NCBI GenBank assembly: GCA_937981555.1
Contig: CALJOK010000024.1
Location: 3,936-67,935 of the forward strand
Direction: 5' to 3'
Length of the DNA: 64,000 nt
Source of the DNA: an uncultured Saprospiraceae bacterium
Lineage (GTDB): Bacteria > Bacteroidota > Bacteroidia > Chitinophagales > Saprospiraceae
The notes under the pieces are model-generated. The model made no database searches, was not told where the DNA came from, and saw only the letters and a list, made by a program, of their open reading frames with translations. Shown piece by piece: positions 18,854 through 27,406 of this stretch (its first letter is position 1; every line of letters starts with the position of its first letter). Position numbers and translations under genes: made by a program.

Positions 18854-19660
18854 ATGTATCAAAAAGATTTATTCAAAAATAAACACGTCCTCGTCACAGG
18901 AGGCAGAAGCGGAATCGGCTACGGCATCGCTAAACAATATCTCCAACTTGGCGCAAGCGTAACCATCGCTTCTCGAAAAAAAGAACCTCTCGCAACAGCA
19001 GTCGTAGAACTTTCTGAATTTGGAAAATGCGATGGACATCCTTGCGATATTCGAAAAGTCGAAGACATCGAGACCTTAGCCAACCACATCAAATCCGAAC
19101 ATGGAAAATTAGATATTCTAATCAACAACGCAGGTGGACAATTCCCTGCACCAGCCGAATTAATTTCTCCAAATGGTTGGGCGGCAGTCATCAATAATAA
19201 TCTCAACGGAACATTTTTCGTTTCGCAACAAATGGCAAAAACATTTTTTATCCCACAAAAAAATGGAACGATTGTAAATATAACTGCTAACGTTCAGCGT
19301 GGATTTCCAGGCATGGCGCACACCGGTGCAGCTCGGGCAGGTGTAGAAAATTTGACTAAAACCTTAAGTCAAGAATGGGCAGAACATAATATTAGAGTCA
19401 ATGCAATTGCTCCTGGTACAATCGCTTCCTCAGGGCTTGACACCTACCCTACTCCATTGAAGAAATTCTTTACCCAGGCAGAAGAAGAAAATTTGATGAA
19501 ACGTTTTGGGACGGTGGAAGATGTAGCAAACTCGGTGATGTTTTTATCCTCACCACTATCATCTTATGTTGGAGGAGTGACACTTTATGTGGATGGAATG
19601 GAACATTTGAGTGGAGATCGGATGGGATTATATAAAGTATTAAAAGGATTTATGCAGTAA
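18854..19660 (+). CDS. SDR family oxidoreductase (2,4-dienoyl-CoA / trans-2-enoyl-CoA reductase-like)
   Basis: 268 aa with VTGGRSGIG and NNAGG motifs. The active-site region HTGAARAG resembles the DECR/PECR subgroup. Confidence 0.8.
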   Translation: MYQKDLFKNKHVLVTGGRSGIGYGIAKQYLQLGASVTIASRKKEPLATAVVELSEFGKCDGHPCDIRKVEDIETLANHIKSEHGKLDILINNAGGQFPAPAELISPNGWAAVINNNLNGTFFVSQQMAKTFFIPQKNGTIVNITANVQRGFPGMAHTGAARAGVENLTKTLSQEWAEHNIRVNAIAPGTIASSGLDTYPTPLKKFFTQAEEENLMKRFGTVEDVANSVMFLSSPLSSYVGGVTLYVDGMEHLSGDRMGLYKVLKGFMQ

Positions 19661-19661
19661 C

Positions 19662-19678
19662 ATAACAATACATTTACA
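19662..19678 (-). repeat. Copy of the 17-mer TGTAAATGTATTGTTAT (reverse orientation)
   Basis: ATAACAATACATTTACA read directly. It starts 2 nt after the SDR stop codon and ends 13 nt before the ATG at 19691. Confidence 0.7.
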
Positions 19679-19690
19679 TCAAAATTTAAG

Positions 19691-20968
19691 ATGAACAAAC
19701 TAACAAAATTCTTTATCGGTCTAACTCTACTTTTAATTATAGGTTGGTTTTTCTTAGTCAGATATTTAAATGCTGGAAGTATTGAACCAGACAATACTGT
19801 TTGGGAATCTTATATCGGAAGAGATACAACAGTTGGAATATTACCAGATGCTTATGCCAATTATTTTACTTACACCGTTGCTCGGACAAATAAAAATATT
19901 GGTTTTAAGATAAGTGGTGAATTTCCTGATACAAGATATTTTAGTTTTAATGTTTATAGTTTAGGTGACAACACAACGCAAGGTTCCATTGTCGATTTTG
20001 AAATTCAAACTGATTCAGGAAAACCAAATCCTTTTTTAGAAAATAAAGATAGTGTAGAGGTTGGGGATCGATACACCGTATATCTTTTGCCTTCAAAAAA
20101 AACAGATAAAAGTCTGCCAAATGTTTTACCATTCAAAGATGATGTTAGATTAATGACAATGGTTATTCGATTGTACGATTATAATAAAGATGATTTTGGA
20201 GGGGTAGAATTCCCTACTGTTCAAGCGATTACGCTTGACCAAAATTCCGAAGAAATTGAAATGACGTCAACACGCTTGCCTACTGGTTTAAATTTAAGAG
20301 GAATCGTTAGAAAATTTAGTTTACCCAAAATGGTAGACCGATTAAGTCTGCTTTACGAAACCGAAAATACTATTGCACTTGATAGACCAAATTCAAATAA
20401 ACAACATTACACCTTACCTTTTCATGCGATCAATACCAAAGGATTTATTGAAAATAATGATAACCGATATTTACTAGCTGCCATTACCAAGAAAGAAGAG
20501 GAAGTTTTTATTTTTAAATTTAAATCTCCATCTTTTACCAATGGCCCACAAAATATCAATCAAACAGATGTAAGATATTGGTCTTTTAATTTGGGAAATT
20601 CAGCTACTTATAATTTTAATGCCATAAAAGATGAGGATGCAATTTTGGATAAAAATGGATATGTAAATATAGTGTTAGCAAGTAAGGATACTGAATTAGA
20701 ACAGCGAGTCAAAGATTTAGGTTATAATTTTTTAGAGTGGAATATGCCGTGGGAAAAAGGATTAATCTTAATTAGACATATGCTGGCGAATCCAAATTTT
20801 GAAGCACAAATAGATAAAGTTCCACCGATTGCAAAAGGTATGGCAGATTTTTCCTCAACTGAAGCACAACACATTATGGGGGATTATGCTCCTCAAGGTT
20901 TAAGGATGTCAAAGGAGGATTTTCTGTTTGAGTATAGTTTACAACTAGAAAAAATAGAGCTGAAATAA
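19691..20968 (+). CDS. Hypothetical membrane-anchored/secreted protein
   Basis: 425-aa ORF with an N-terminal hydrophobic segment, packed 30 bp after the preceding gene. The RYFSFNVYS and RYWSFNLGN motifs faintly recall DUF1214/DUF1254 proteins; this was not verified. Confidence 0.7.
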   Translation: MNKLTKFFIGLTLLLIIGWFFLVRYLNAGSIEPDNTVWESYIGRDTTVGILPDAYANYFTYTVARTNKNIGFKISGEFPDTRYFSFNVYSLGDNTTQGSIVDFEIQTDSGKPNPFLENKDSVEVGDRYTVYLLPSKKTDKSLPNVLPFKDDVRLMTMVIRLYDYNKDDFGGVEFPTVQAITLDQNSEEIEMTSTRLPTGLNLRGIVRKFSLPKMVDRLSLLYETENTIALDRPNSNKQHYTLPFHAINTKGFIENNDNRYLLAAITKKEEEVFIFKFKSPSFTNGPQNINQTDVRYWSFNLGNSATYNFNAIKDEDAILDKNGYVNIVLASKDTELEQRVKDLGYNFLEWNMPWEKGLILIRHMLANPNFEAQIDKVPPIAKGMADFSSTEAQHIMGDYAPQGLRMSKEDFLFEYSLQLEKIELK

Positions 20969-21010
20969 AATCATGGTTAATTAGAATTCATCATTTTTAA
21001 AATAAAAATT

Positions 21011-22096
21011 ATGATCTGGGAATTATTAAATGATCCTAATACAGGAAAATATGCCGTCTTTGCTTCCATTATTTTTTTTGGAAGTTTGGAATATATTTTA
21101 GGTCATTATAAAAATACTCGAAGAACAAAGCATGATTATTTAGTAGAATTTTTAGGTCTGGTACTATTGACCATAAATAGTTTTGTGGTCTTATTTGGGA
21201 TTATTTATTTAGGCCAAACGTTTTTTCCAGAAGCTTCTAACTCCTTATCAACATTATCTTTATGGTTGGCACTACCTTTATACATGTTAGTTGATGACAT
21301 CGCTCAATATTGGTACCATCGTTTTGCTCACGAATATAGTTGGATGTGGAAACACCATCGTCCGCATCACGCTGCGGAAGAAATGGGTATCATGGTGAGT
21401 TATCGAAATTCATGGCTCTATTATCTTTTTTTACCCAATATTTGGTGGGCAGCCATTTGCACTTTTTTGGGAATGATTCCAGCGACCGTTCTTGGTTTGA
21501 TTATAAAACAGCTTGTCGTGGCAAGTTCTCATAGTACTTGGCGATGGGATGAATCTATTTATAAAATAAAATCCCTTAGTCCATTGATGTGGGTCATTGA
21601 ACGTATTTTTGTTACTCCTGCTTTTCATTATGCACATCATGGAAAATCAAAAGCAGATAACATTAGTGATCCAAATGGTAATTTTGGCAATGCTTTTTCG
21701 ATCTGGGATCAAATGTTTGGGACGGCAACTTTTACTCGAAAATTTCCAACTGAGTTAGGTTTACAAACTGATCCAAAGGACAATTGGTCCTCCCATATTT
21801 TTTATCCAATAATTAAATCTAAAAAAGAAGGAAGTGAAATTTCTTCTAATTTTAAAAAAGAAAAAACAGCAACGCTTGATGCACTAACTATTGAACTAGA
21901 TGCAGGTACACATTTGTGGTGTCAATGTGGTTTTAGTAAAAATCAACCATTTTGTGATGGATCACATCATGGAACGAAAATGAAACCAATTGCTTTTCAA
22001 ATGGATAAAAAACGGAAAGTAAAACTTTGTAATTGTAAGCAAACTAAGACAGGACCTTTTTGCGATAACACCCATCTGGAAATAAAAGAAGTTTAA
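21011..22096 (+). CDS. Fatty acid hydroxylase / sterol desaturase superfamily membrane protein fused to two C-terminal CDGSH iron-sulfur motifs
   Basis: 361 aa with histidine boxes HRFAHE, HHRPHH and HYAHHG. The C-terminus carries CQCGFSKNQPFCDGSHH (full CDGSH pattern) and CNCKQTKTGPFCDNTH. Confidence 0.85.
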   Translation: MIWELLNDPNTGKYAVFASIIFFGSLEYILGHYKNTRRTKHDYLVEFLGLVLLTINSFVVLFGIIYLGQTFFPEASNSLSTLSLWLALPLYMLVDDIAQYWYHRFAHEYSWMWKHHRPHHAAEEMGIMVSYRNSWLYYLFLPNIWWAAICTFLGMIPATVLGLIIKQLVVASSHSTWRWDESIYKIKSLSPLMWVIERIFVTPAFHYAHHGKSKADNISDPNGNFGNAFSIWDQMFGTATFTRKFPTELGLQTDPKDNWSSHIFYPIIKSKKEGSEISSNFKKEKTATLDALTIELDAGTHLWCQCGFSKNQPFCDGSHHGTKMKPIAFQMDKKRKVKLCNCKQTKTGPFCDNTHLEIKEV

Positions 22097-22110
22097 AAAT
22101 GGAACGCAAA

Positions 22111-22118
22111 TACATTTG
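22111..22118 (+). promoter_or_regulatory. Candidate Bacteroidota -7 promoter box TACATTTG (TAnnTTTG)
   Basis: Exact match to the TAnnTTTG pattern, 18 nt upstream of the ATG at 22136. Confidence 0.35.
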
Positions 22119-22135
22119 ATTATTGTTGATAAAGA

Positions 22136-23065
22136 ATGGATACAAATAGAAGAATACAATTAGCAAAAAAGTCCTTGAAAGGAATTTCTATTGGCGACGC
22201 ATTTGGAGAAAGTTTTTTTGGAGAAAGAAAATTAATGCTTAACTATATTGAAGAAAGGACAATTCCGGAAACGACTTGGGAATTTACAGATGATACGGTT
22301 ATGGCTATTTCAGTTTTTGAACAATTAGAAAGAAGTGGAACAATTGACCAAGATGATTTAGCTCAACAGTTTTCTATCAACCATAATAAAGATGTAAATC
22401 GAGGGTATGGCGCAACGGCAAGGCGAATTTTGAGAGAAATTGGAGAAGGAGGAAACTGGAAGGTAATTTCTCGAAATGCATTTGAAGGAATGGGTTCGAT
22501 GGGAAATGGAGCTTCCATGCGAGTCGGTCCAATTGGTGCGTATTATTATGATAATTTAAACGAAGTAAAACATCAAGCAAAATTATCAGCAGAAATAACT
22601 CATTCAAATATTGAAGGAATCACAGGAGCAATTGCTGTTTCCATAGCAACTGCTTTAGCCACAAAATTTAATATAGAGTCAACTGAAGTTTCACCAAAAA
22701 ATTTTATTGAATCAATAATAAAAGAACTGCCTGATAGTGATACCAAATCTAAAGTTAATAAGTCTCTTTCTGTTCCTTACAGTTATAATATTGAAACAGT
22801 AAGAAATATTTTGGGAGATGGAACTAAGATTATGGTTCAAGATACTGTTCCATTTTCGATTTGGTGTGCCGCTCATAATTTGAATGCATTTGATGAAGCA
22901 CTTTGGAAAGCGGTCTCAATTTTAGGGGACAGAGATACAATTTGTGCTATTGTTGCAGGTATTACAATCATGTCTTGTGATGAGAAATCAATTCCCAAAG
23001 ACTGGCAAAATTCAGTTGAAAAATTTGAAAAAAGCATTTTCAGAAAAACAAATAAATACATTTAA
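22136..23065 (+). CDS. ADP-ribosylglycohydrolase family protein
   Basis: 309 aa with motifs GDAFGE, FTDDT, GNGASMRVGPIG and GDRDTICAIVAGI, typical of the ARH/DraG fold. Confidence 0.85.
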   Translation: MDTNRRIQLAKKSLKGISIGDAFGESFFGERKLMLNYIEERTIPETTWEFTDDTVMAISVFEQLERSGTIDQDDLAQQFSINHNKDVNRGYGATARRILREIGEGGNWKVISRNAFEGMGSMGNGASMRVGPIGAYYYDNLNEVKHQAKLSAEITHSNIEGITGAIAVSIATALATKFNIESTEVSPKNFIESIIKELPDSDTKSKVNKSLSVPYSYNIETVRNILGDGTKIMVQDTVPFSIWCAAHNLNAFDEALWKAVSILGDRDTICAIVAGITIMSCDEKSIPKDWQNSVEKFEKSIFRKTNKYI

Positions 23066-23069
23066 ACAG

Positions 23070-23080
23070 TTGATAATCAA
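23070..23080. promoter_or_regulatory. Perfect 11-bp palindrome TTGATAATCAA, candidate operator
   Basis: Read directly; lies 30 bp upstream of the ATG at 23110. Confidence 0.5.
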
Positions 23081-23109
23081 TAACTTAAAAATATTTAATA
23101 CAAAAAATA

Positions 23110-25491
23110 ATGACCAATAAAAATTTCACCGAAGAACACGAATTATTCCGCCAATCCCTCCGCTCATTTATCGACAAAGAAGTCCATCCTCACATTGACC
23201 AATGGGAAGAAGACCGCCGCATCCCCCGCGATGTTTGGAAAAAAATGGGTGACATGGGTTTCCTCGGACTCTCCTACCCTGAAGAATATGGTGGTTCAGG
23301 ATTAGATTTTTTCTATGATGTAGTCTTCAATGAAGAATTGGGAAGAGTCAACTCTGGAGGATTTATCATCACCCAACAAGTGGTGCAATATATGTCTGGT
23401 CCCTACATTTTAAAATACGGTTCTGATGCTTTAAAGAAAAAATATTTGCCTGGACTTATTTCTGGAGATTTGATTTCATCTATCGGGATCACCGAACCAG
23501 GTGCAGGTTCTGACGCACAAAATATCCAGACTCGTGCAGTCAAAGATGGCGATCACTACATCGTTAACGGTTCCAAAACTTTTATCACCAATGGCGTATA
23601 CGGTGATTTAATCGTAACCGTCGTCAAAACTAATCCTGACGCTGGAGCTGCAGGAGTGAGTCTTTTGGTCATAGATAGAAATGCCGAAGGAGTCTCCGCT
23701 CGTAAGTTGAAAAAACTAGGTTGGCATTCATCTGATACCGCAGAATTGAGTTTTGATAATGTAAAAGTTCCGGTGGAAAATTTAGTCGGAGACGAAGGCG
23801 CAGGTTTTTATTATTTGATGAATGGATTACAATTGGAGCGACTATGTTTTATTCCTTGCTCCGTGGTCGCGATGGAACAAGCCATTGCAAATTCATTACA
23901 ATACATGTCTGAGCGAACTGCATTTGGACGACCAATTAATAAATTCCAAGTACTACGCCATCGTATTGCGCAGTTGGCATCAGAGGTGGAAGCGCTCAAG
24001 GCGTTCAGTTATCACGCTTGCGAATTATACACTAAAGGAATTTATGATGTAAAAAAATGTTCGATGGCAAAACTAATTTGCACCGAGCTAAATGAGAAAG
24101 TAGCCACCCAATGTTTACAATTTTATGGCGGCTACGGTTTTATGGAAGACTACCCGATGGCTCGGATGTATCGAGATTGTCGAGTAGGAACAATTGGCGG
24201 TGGCTCTTCAGAAATCATGCGAGAGATCATTGCCAAAATTGTCATCGACTCGATGGATTACAAAAAAGCAGATTCCGTTTATAACTCATCTAATGAAAAT
24301 TCAGCAGTAAGTTATTTTACACAAGAGCATCATTTATTTCGTCAATCACTTAGAGATTTTCTCAAAAAAGAAGTTGTTCCATTTATTGATCAATGGGAAA
24401 AAGATGGAGAACTTCCCAAAGAGATTTATGAGAAAATGGGTGCGATGGGCTACCTCGGTTTGGCATTGCCAGAAGAATTTGGTGGCACTAATGCTGACAT
24501 TTGGTATACCGCAATTATGCATGAAGAAATGGCAAGAGTCAACTCAGGAGGATTTGCAGCAAATATTGGAGCTCACTTCTTTTTAGCTATGACCCACGTA
24601 AATGGCGAAGGTAATCAAGAACAAAAAAAGAAATATTTAATCCCAGGTTGCGAAGGGACATTAACAGGGTGCATGGCGGTCACCGAACCATTTGGAGGTT
24701 CGGATGTCAAGGCACTCCGAACTACGGCAGTCCAAGATGGGGATGAATACATTATTAATGGTTCCAAAACTTTTATCACCCACGGAGTAAAAAGTGATTA
24801 CATTGTCGCTGCCTGCAAAACTAATCCGGAAGCTGGTGCCAATGGAGTAAGTATGATTATCATAGAACGAGACCGTCCAGGAGTAAGTGCCACCAAATTA
24901 GACAAGTTGGGATGGCATGCTTCTGATACAGGAGAAATTGCTTTTGATAATGTAAGGGTTCCAGTAAGTAACTTGTTAGGTGCTGAGAATGCTGGTTTCT
25001 TCTACATTATGCAGCATTTTGTTTCGGAGCGATTAGCTATGTCAGCTGGAGCAGTTGCGACTTCCGAACATGCTTTAGAGCTTACTTTAAAATATATGAA
25101 CGAACGAGAAGCTTTTGGAAAAAAGATAAATCGCTTCCAAGTTTTAAGGCATACGATTGCTCAATTAGCTTCGGAAATTGAGGCTAGAAAACAATTCGTT
25201 TATAGTCTTTATAACCGTTACGAAAAAGGAGAATATTTAGTTCAAGAAGCTTCTATGGCTAAATTAGTTTGTACGCAATTGGCGGATAAAGTGACGTTTG
25301 AATGTTTACAAATGTTTGGTGGATATGGTTATATGGAAGATTATCCTTTGGCGAGATTGTGGCGAGATGCAAGACTTGGACAAATTGGTGGAGGAACTTC
25401 GCAAATTCTTTGTGAGATTATTTCGAAAATGATGATTGAAGGAAAAGGTTATTCTTCTCCAAAAACTGAATCTAAAAAGCAAGAAGCGTAA
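23110..25491 (+). CDS. Tandem-fused double acyl-CoA dehydrogenase (two complete ACAD modules in one polypeptide)
   Basis: 793 aa. The two halves are parallel: FTEEHELFRQSLRSFIDKEV / FTQEHHLFRQSLRDFLKKEV, GITEPGAGSDAQ / AVTEPFGGSDVK, and QFYGGYGFMEDYP / QMFGGYGYMEDYP. The linker is at about 24250-24320. Confidence 0.9.
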   Translation: MTNKNFTEEHELFRQSLRSFIDKEVHPHIDQWEEDRRIPRDVWKKMGDMGFLGLSYPEEYGGSGLDFFYDVVFNEELGRVNSGGFIITQQVVQYMSGPYILKYGSDALKKKYLPGLISGDLISSIGITEPGAGSDAQNIQTRAVKDGDHYIVNGSKTFITNGVYGDLIVTVVKTNPDAGAAGVSLLVIDRNAEGVSARKLKKLGWHSSDTAELSFDNVKVPVENLVGDEGAGFYYLMNGLQLERLCFIPCSVVAMEQAIANSLQYMSERTAFGRPINKFQVLRHRIAQLASEVEALKAFSYHACELYTKGIYDVKKCSMAKLICTELNEKVATQCLQFYGGYGFMEDYPMARMYRDCRVGTIGGGSSEIMREIIAKIVIDSMDYKKADSVYNSSNENSAVSYFTQEHHLFRQSLRDFLKKEVVPFIDQWEKDGELPKEIYEKMGAMGYLGLALPEEFGGTNADIWYTAIMHEEMARVNSGGFAANIGAHFFLAMTHVNGEGNQEQKKKYLIPGCEGTLTGCMAVTEPFGGSDVKALRTTAVQDGDEYIINGSKTFITHGVKSDYIVAACKTNPEAGANGVSMIIIERDRPGVSATKLDKLGWHASDTGEIAFDNVRVPVSNLLGAENAGFFYIMQHFVSERLAMSAGAVATSEHALELTLKYMNEREAFGKKINRFQVLRHTIAQLASEIEARKQFVYSLYNRYEKGEYLVQEASMAKLVCTQLADKVTFECLQMFGGYGYMEDYPLARLWRDARLGQIGGGTSQILCEIISKMMIEGKGYSSPKTESKKQEA

Positions 25492-25496
25492 TTTAT

Positions 25497-25537
25497 AAAA
25501 ACTGCCATTTCAACTAGTTGAAATGGCAGTTTTTTTA
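25497..25537. terminator. Bidirectional rho-independent terminator
   Basis: ACTGCCATTTCAAC (25501-25514) pairs with GTTGAAATGGCAGT (25517-25530). It is flanked by an A-run at 25497-25500 and a T-run at 25531-25537, between convergent genes. Confidence 0.8.
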
Positions 25538-25554
25538 TTTAATATTAAATGTCT

Positions 25555-26175
25555 TCAATCAAAAAAAATCATCTCAAAAATTAAGTAATGTTTTAATTTA
25601 AACTTCTCTCCCCAATTCTCAATCTCCTTTCCATTCACTCCAACTTCACACCAGGATTTTGAACCATCTTCTCTTTCGTACGGGAGGGTATACGCTAAGA
25701 AATAGAATTTTTCATTATACCTAATTTCCAAATCACTCTCCTCTGCAATATTTCGCAAACTATATTTATCCGAAGAATTTGAAGCTTTATATTCTTTCGT
25801 CACCGAGAAACTAGGAAATCGAAACATCATCTTTAATTTATTATCCTTAGTCACTTTTGACAAAATTCTCATATTCAAAATAGTATCATTAACCGTTTCA
25901 AACTGTTTGATTCCTATATCTGCACTATTGAAGACGGTGGTATCATTGACAATTTTTCCATCCCAAACTTCTTTTACCGTAATATGAAATTTTTTATTCC
26001 CCAGATTTTTATCCATAAATTTTACCTTGTAATAATAGACTCCTTCGAAAGAAAAAAAATCTTGTAGTTCCGCATTATCTGATGAACGATCTGAAATCAT
26101 TTGAATAGTTCGAGTGGTATCTTGTCCAAAAATTTGAGTAGAAAAAAAAATAAGAATTAGGAAAAGGGTTTTCAT
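25555..26175 (-). CDS. Hypothetical secreted protein
   Basis: 206-aa ORF with signal peptide MKTLFLILIFFSTQIFGQ. Confidence 0.7.
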   Translation of the reverse strand: MKTLFLILIFFSTQIFGQDTTRTIQMISDRSSDNAELQDFFSFEGVYYYKVKFMDKNLGNKKFHITVKEVWDGKIVNDTTVFNSADIGIKQFETVNDTILNMRILSKVTKDNKLKMMFRFPSFSVTKEYKASNSSDKYSLRNIAEESDLEIRYNEKFYFLAYTLPYEREDGSKSWCEVGVNGKEIENWGEKFKLKHYLIFEMIFFD

Positions 26176-26366
26176 GTTTTAGTTTTTAAATAAAAAAAAT
26201 GAATCTATCCATTTGGTTACTTTAGTTTTATAAATGGGTTACAATTTAAAGAGGTATTTTTCTTATAATTGCATGAATGAAATGTGTAGTAAAATTCAGA
26301 ACATTTTGATATAGCTTTTTAAAAGATTATCCTTGAGTGAAATAAAAAAATTACTTTAAAGTCTAA

Positions 26367-26520
26367 AAAGGTAAAACCATTTTAATAATTGGAGCTGGAA
26401 TTGCTGGTGGGGTAGCTCTTTTTTAATTATTAAAAGCAATTCAAATCTTGGTGTTATTTTTTTTGAGAAAAACCATCCACTATCTTTTATCACTAACAAG
26501 AATGCATACGGTAATTAGAA
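26367..26520 (+). pseudogene. Possible remnant of an FAD/NAD(P)-binding oxidoreductase N-terminus
   Basis: Translation KGKTILIIGAGIAGGVAL (GxGxxG) runs into a stop. The +1 frame continues as GVIFFEKNHPL. There is no start codon or long ORF. Confidence 0.3.
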
Positions 26521-26662
26521 AGTGATCGTATTATTCTAATGGAAAGGTTGAGAAAGGAATATCGCTCAGATATCAAAATGTGGAGATGATTAAGAAAATG
26601 GGAGAATTAAAAAGTGATGGACAGTTATAATATTTAAAAACGAATAGCTCAACCAGTAAAAT

Positions 26663-27151
26663 ATGGGTATACAAGCAGTTTACATTTCTGTAAAAGATGA
26701 AGTAGTGGAAAAATTGCAGCAACTATCTTCCAAAGATTTATTAAATGAATTAGAAGAAATTCAAGAAAAAACTAATCGCCATATTGATATTGGAAAAATA
26801 TGGGATGGTCTTCATTTTATTTTGACCGGAGTCTCTTCATCAGAACCAATTGAAGACAATGAGCTAAGTGAATTTATCGTAGGCACTTACGTCATCTTGG
26901 AAGATGAATTTATTGGCTTTTCCTCAAAAGAAGATGTCAAAAGAATTTTAAATAAAATCAATGAGCTCAACTTTGATCATTTCAAAAAAGATTTTAACCC
27001 TACCCTACTCGCCGAACAAAATATCTATCCAAATATCTGGACAGAGGAAGACAAGGGAATTCTATTCGCTGAATTAAAAACAAGTTTTGAAGGATTAAAA
27101 ACATTTTACCAAAAAAGTATTGATCTCAATATAATTGTAACCATTTATTAA
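26663..27151 (+). CDS. YfbM/DUF1877-like protein
   Basis: 162 aa. The segment IDIGKIWDGLHFILTG resembles the conserved DUF1877 core as I recall it. Confidence 0.65.
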   Translation: MGIQAVYISVKDEVVEKLQQLSSKDLLNELEEIQEKTNRHIDIGKIWDGLHFILTGVSSSEPIEDNELSEFIVGTYVILEDEFIGFSSKEDVKRILNKINELNFDHFKKDFNPTLLAEQNIYPNIWTEEDKGILFAELKTSFEGLKTFYQKSIDLNIIVTIY

Positions 27152-27406
27152 ATTGTAGCCGATTCCCGCTATTTGCTCAAACGAATATCCTTGCTTAACA
27201 CCTCTTTAAAGAGTTGTTTCAGCAGAAATATAATGAGAGGTTTAAATGATAAAAACAAAACCTAAAAATCTAGCCATTAGGAATGGTTCATTAACTAACA
27301 AGGGAAAGAAATCACATCTTTATTTCTTTCTTTTCTAAAAAAAAATAGCTTATTCGAGTATTTCCTTACTTTTATAAAAATTCTTATTTAATCAAAAAAA
27401 AAATAC

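Noticed and set aside
17008-19794. Overlapping ORFs 17008-17283 (-), 17338-17535 (+), 17844-18089 (-), 18919-19206 (-) and 19585-19794 (-)
   Set aside because: They are antisense or off-frame inside the SDR and BKACE genes, which have strong motif support.
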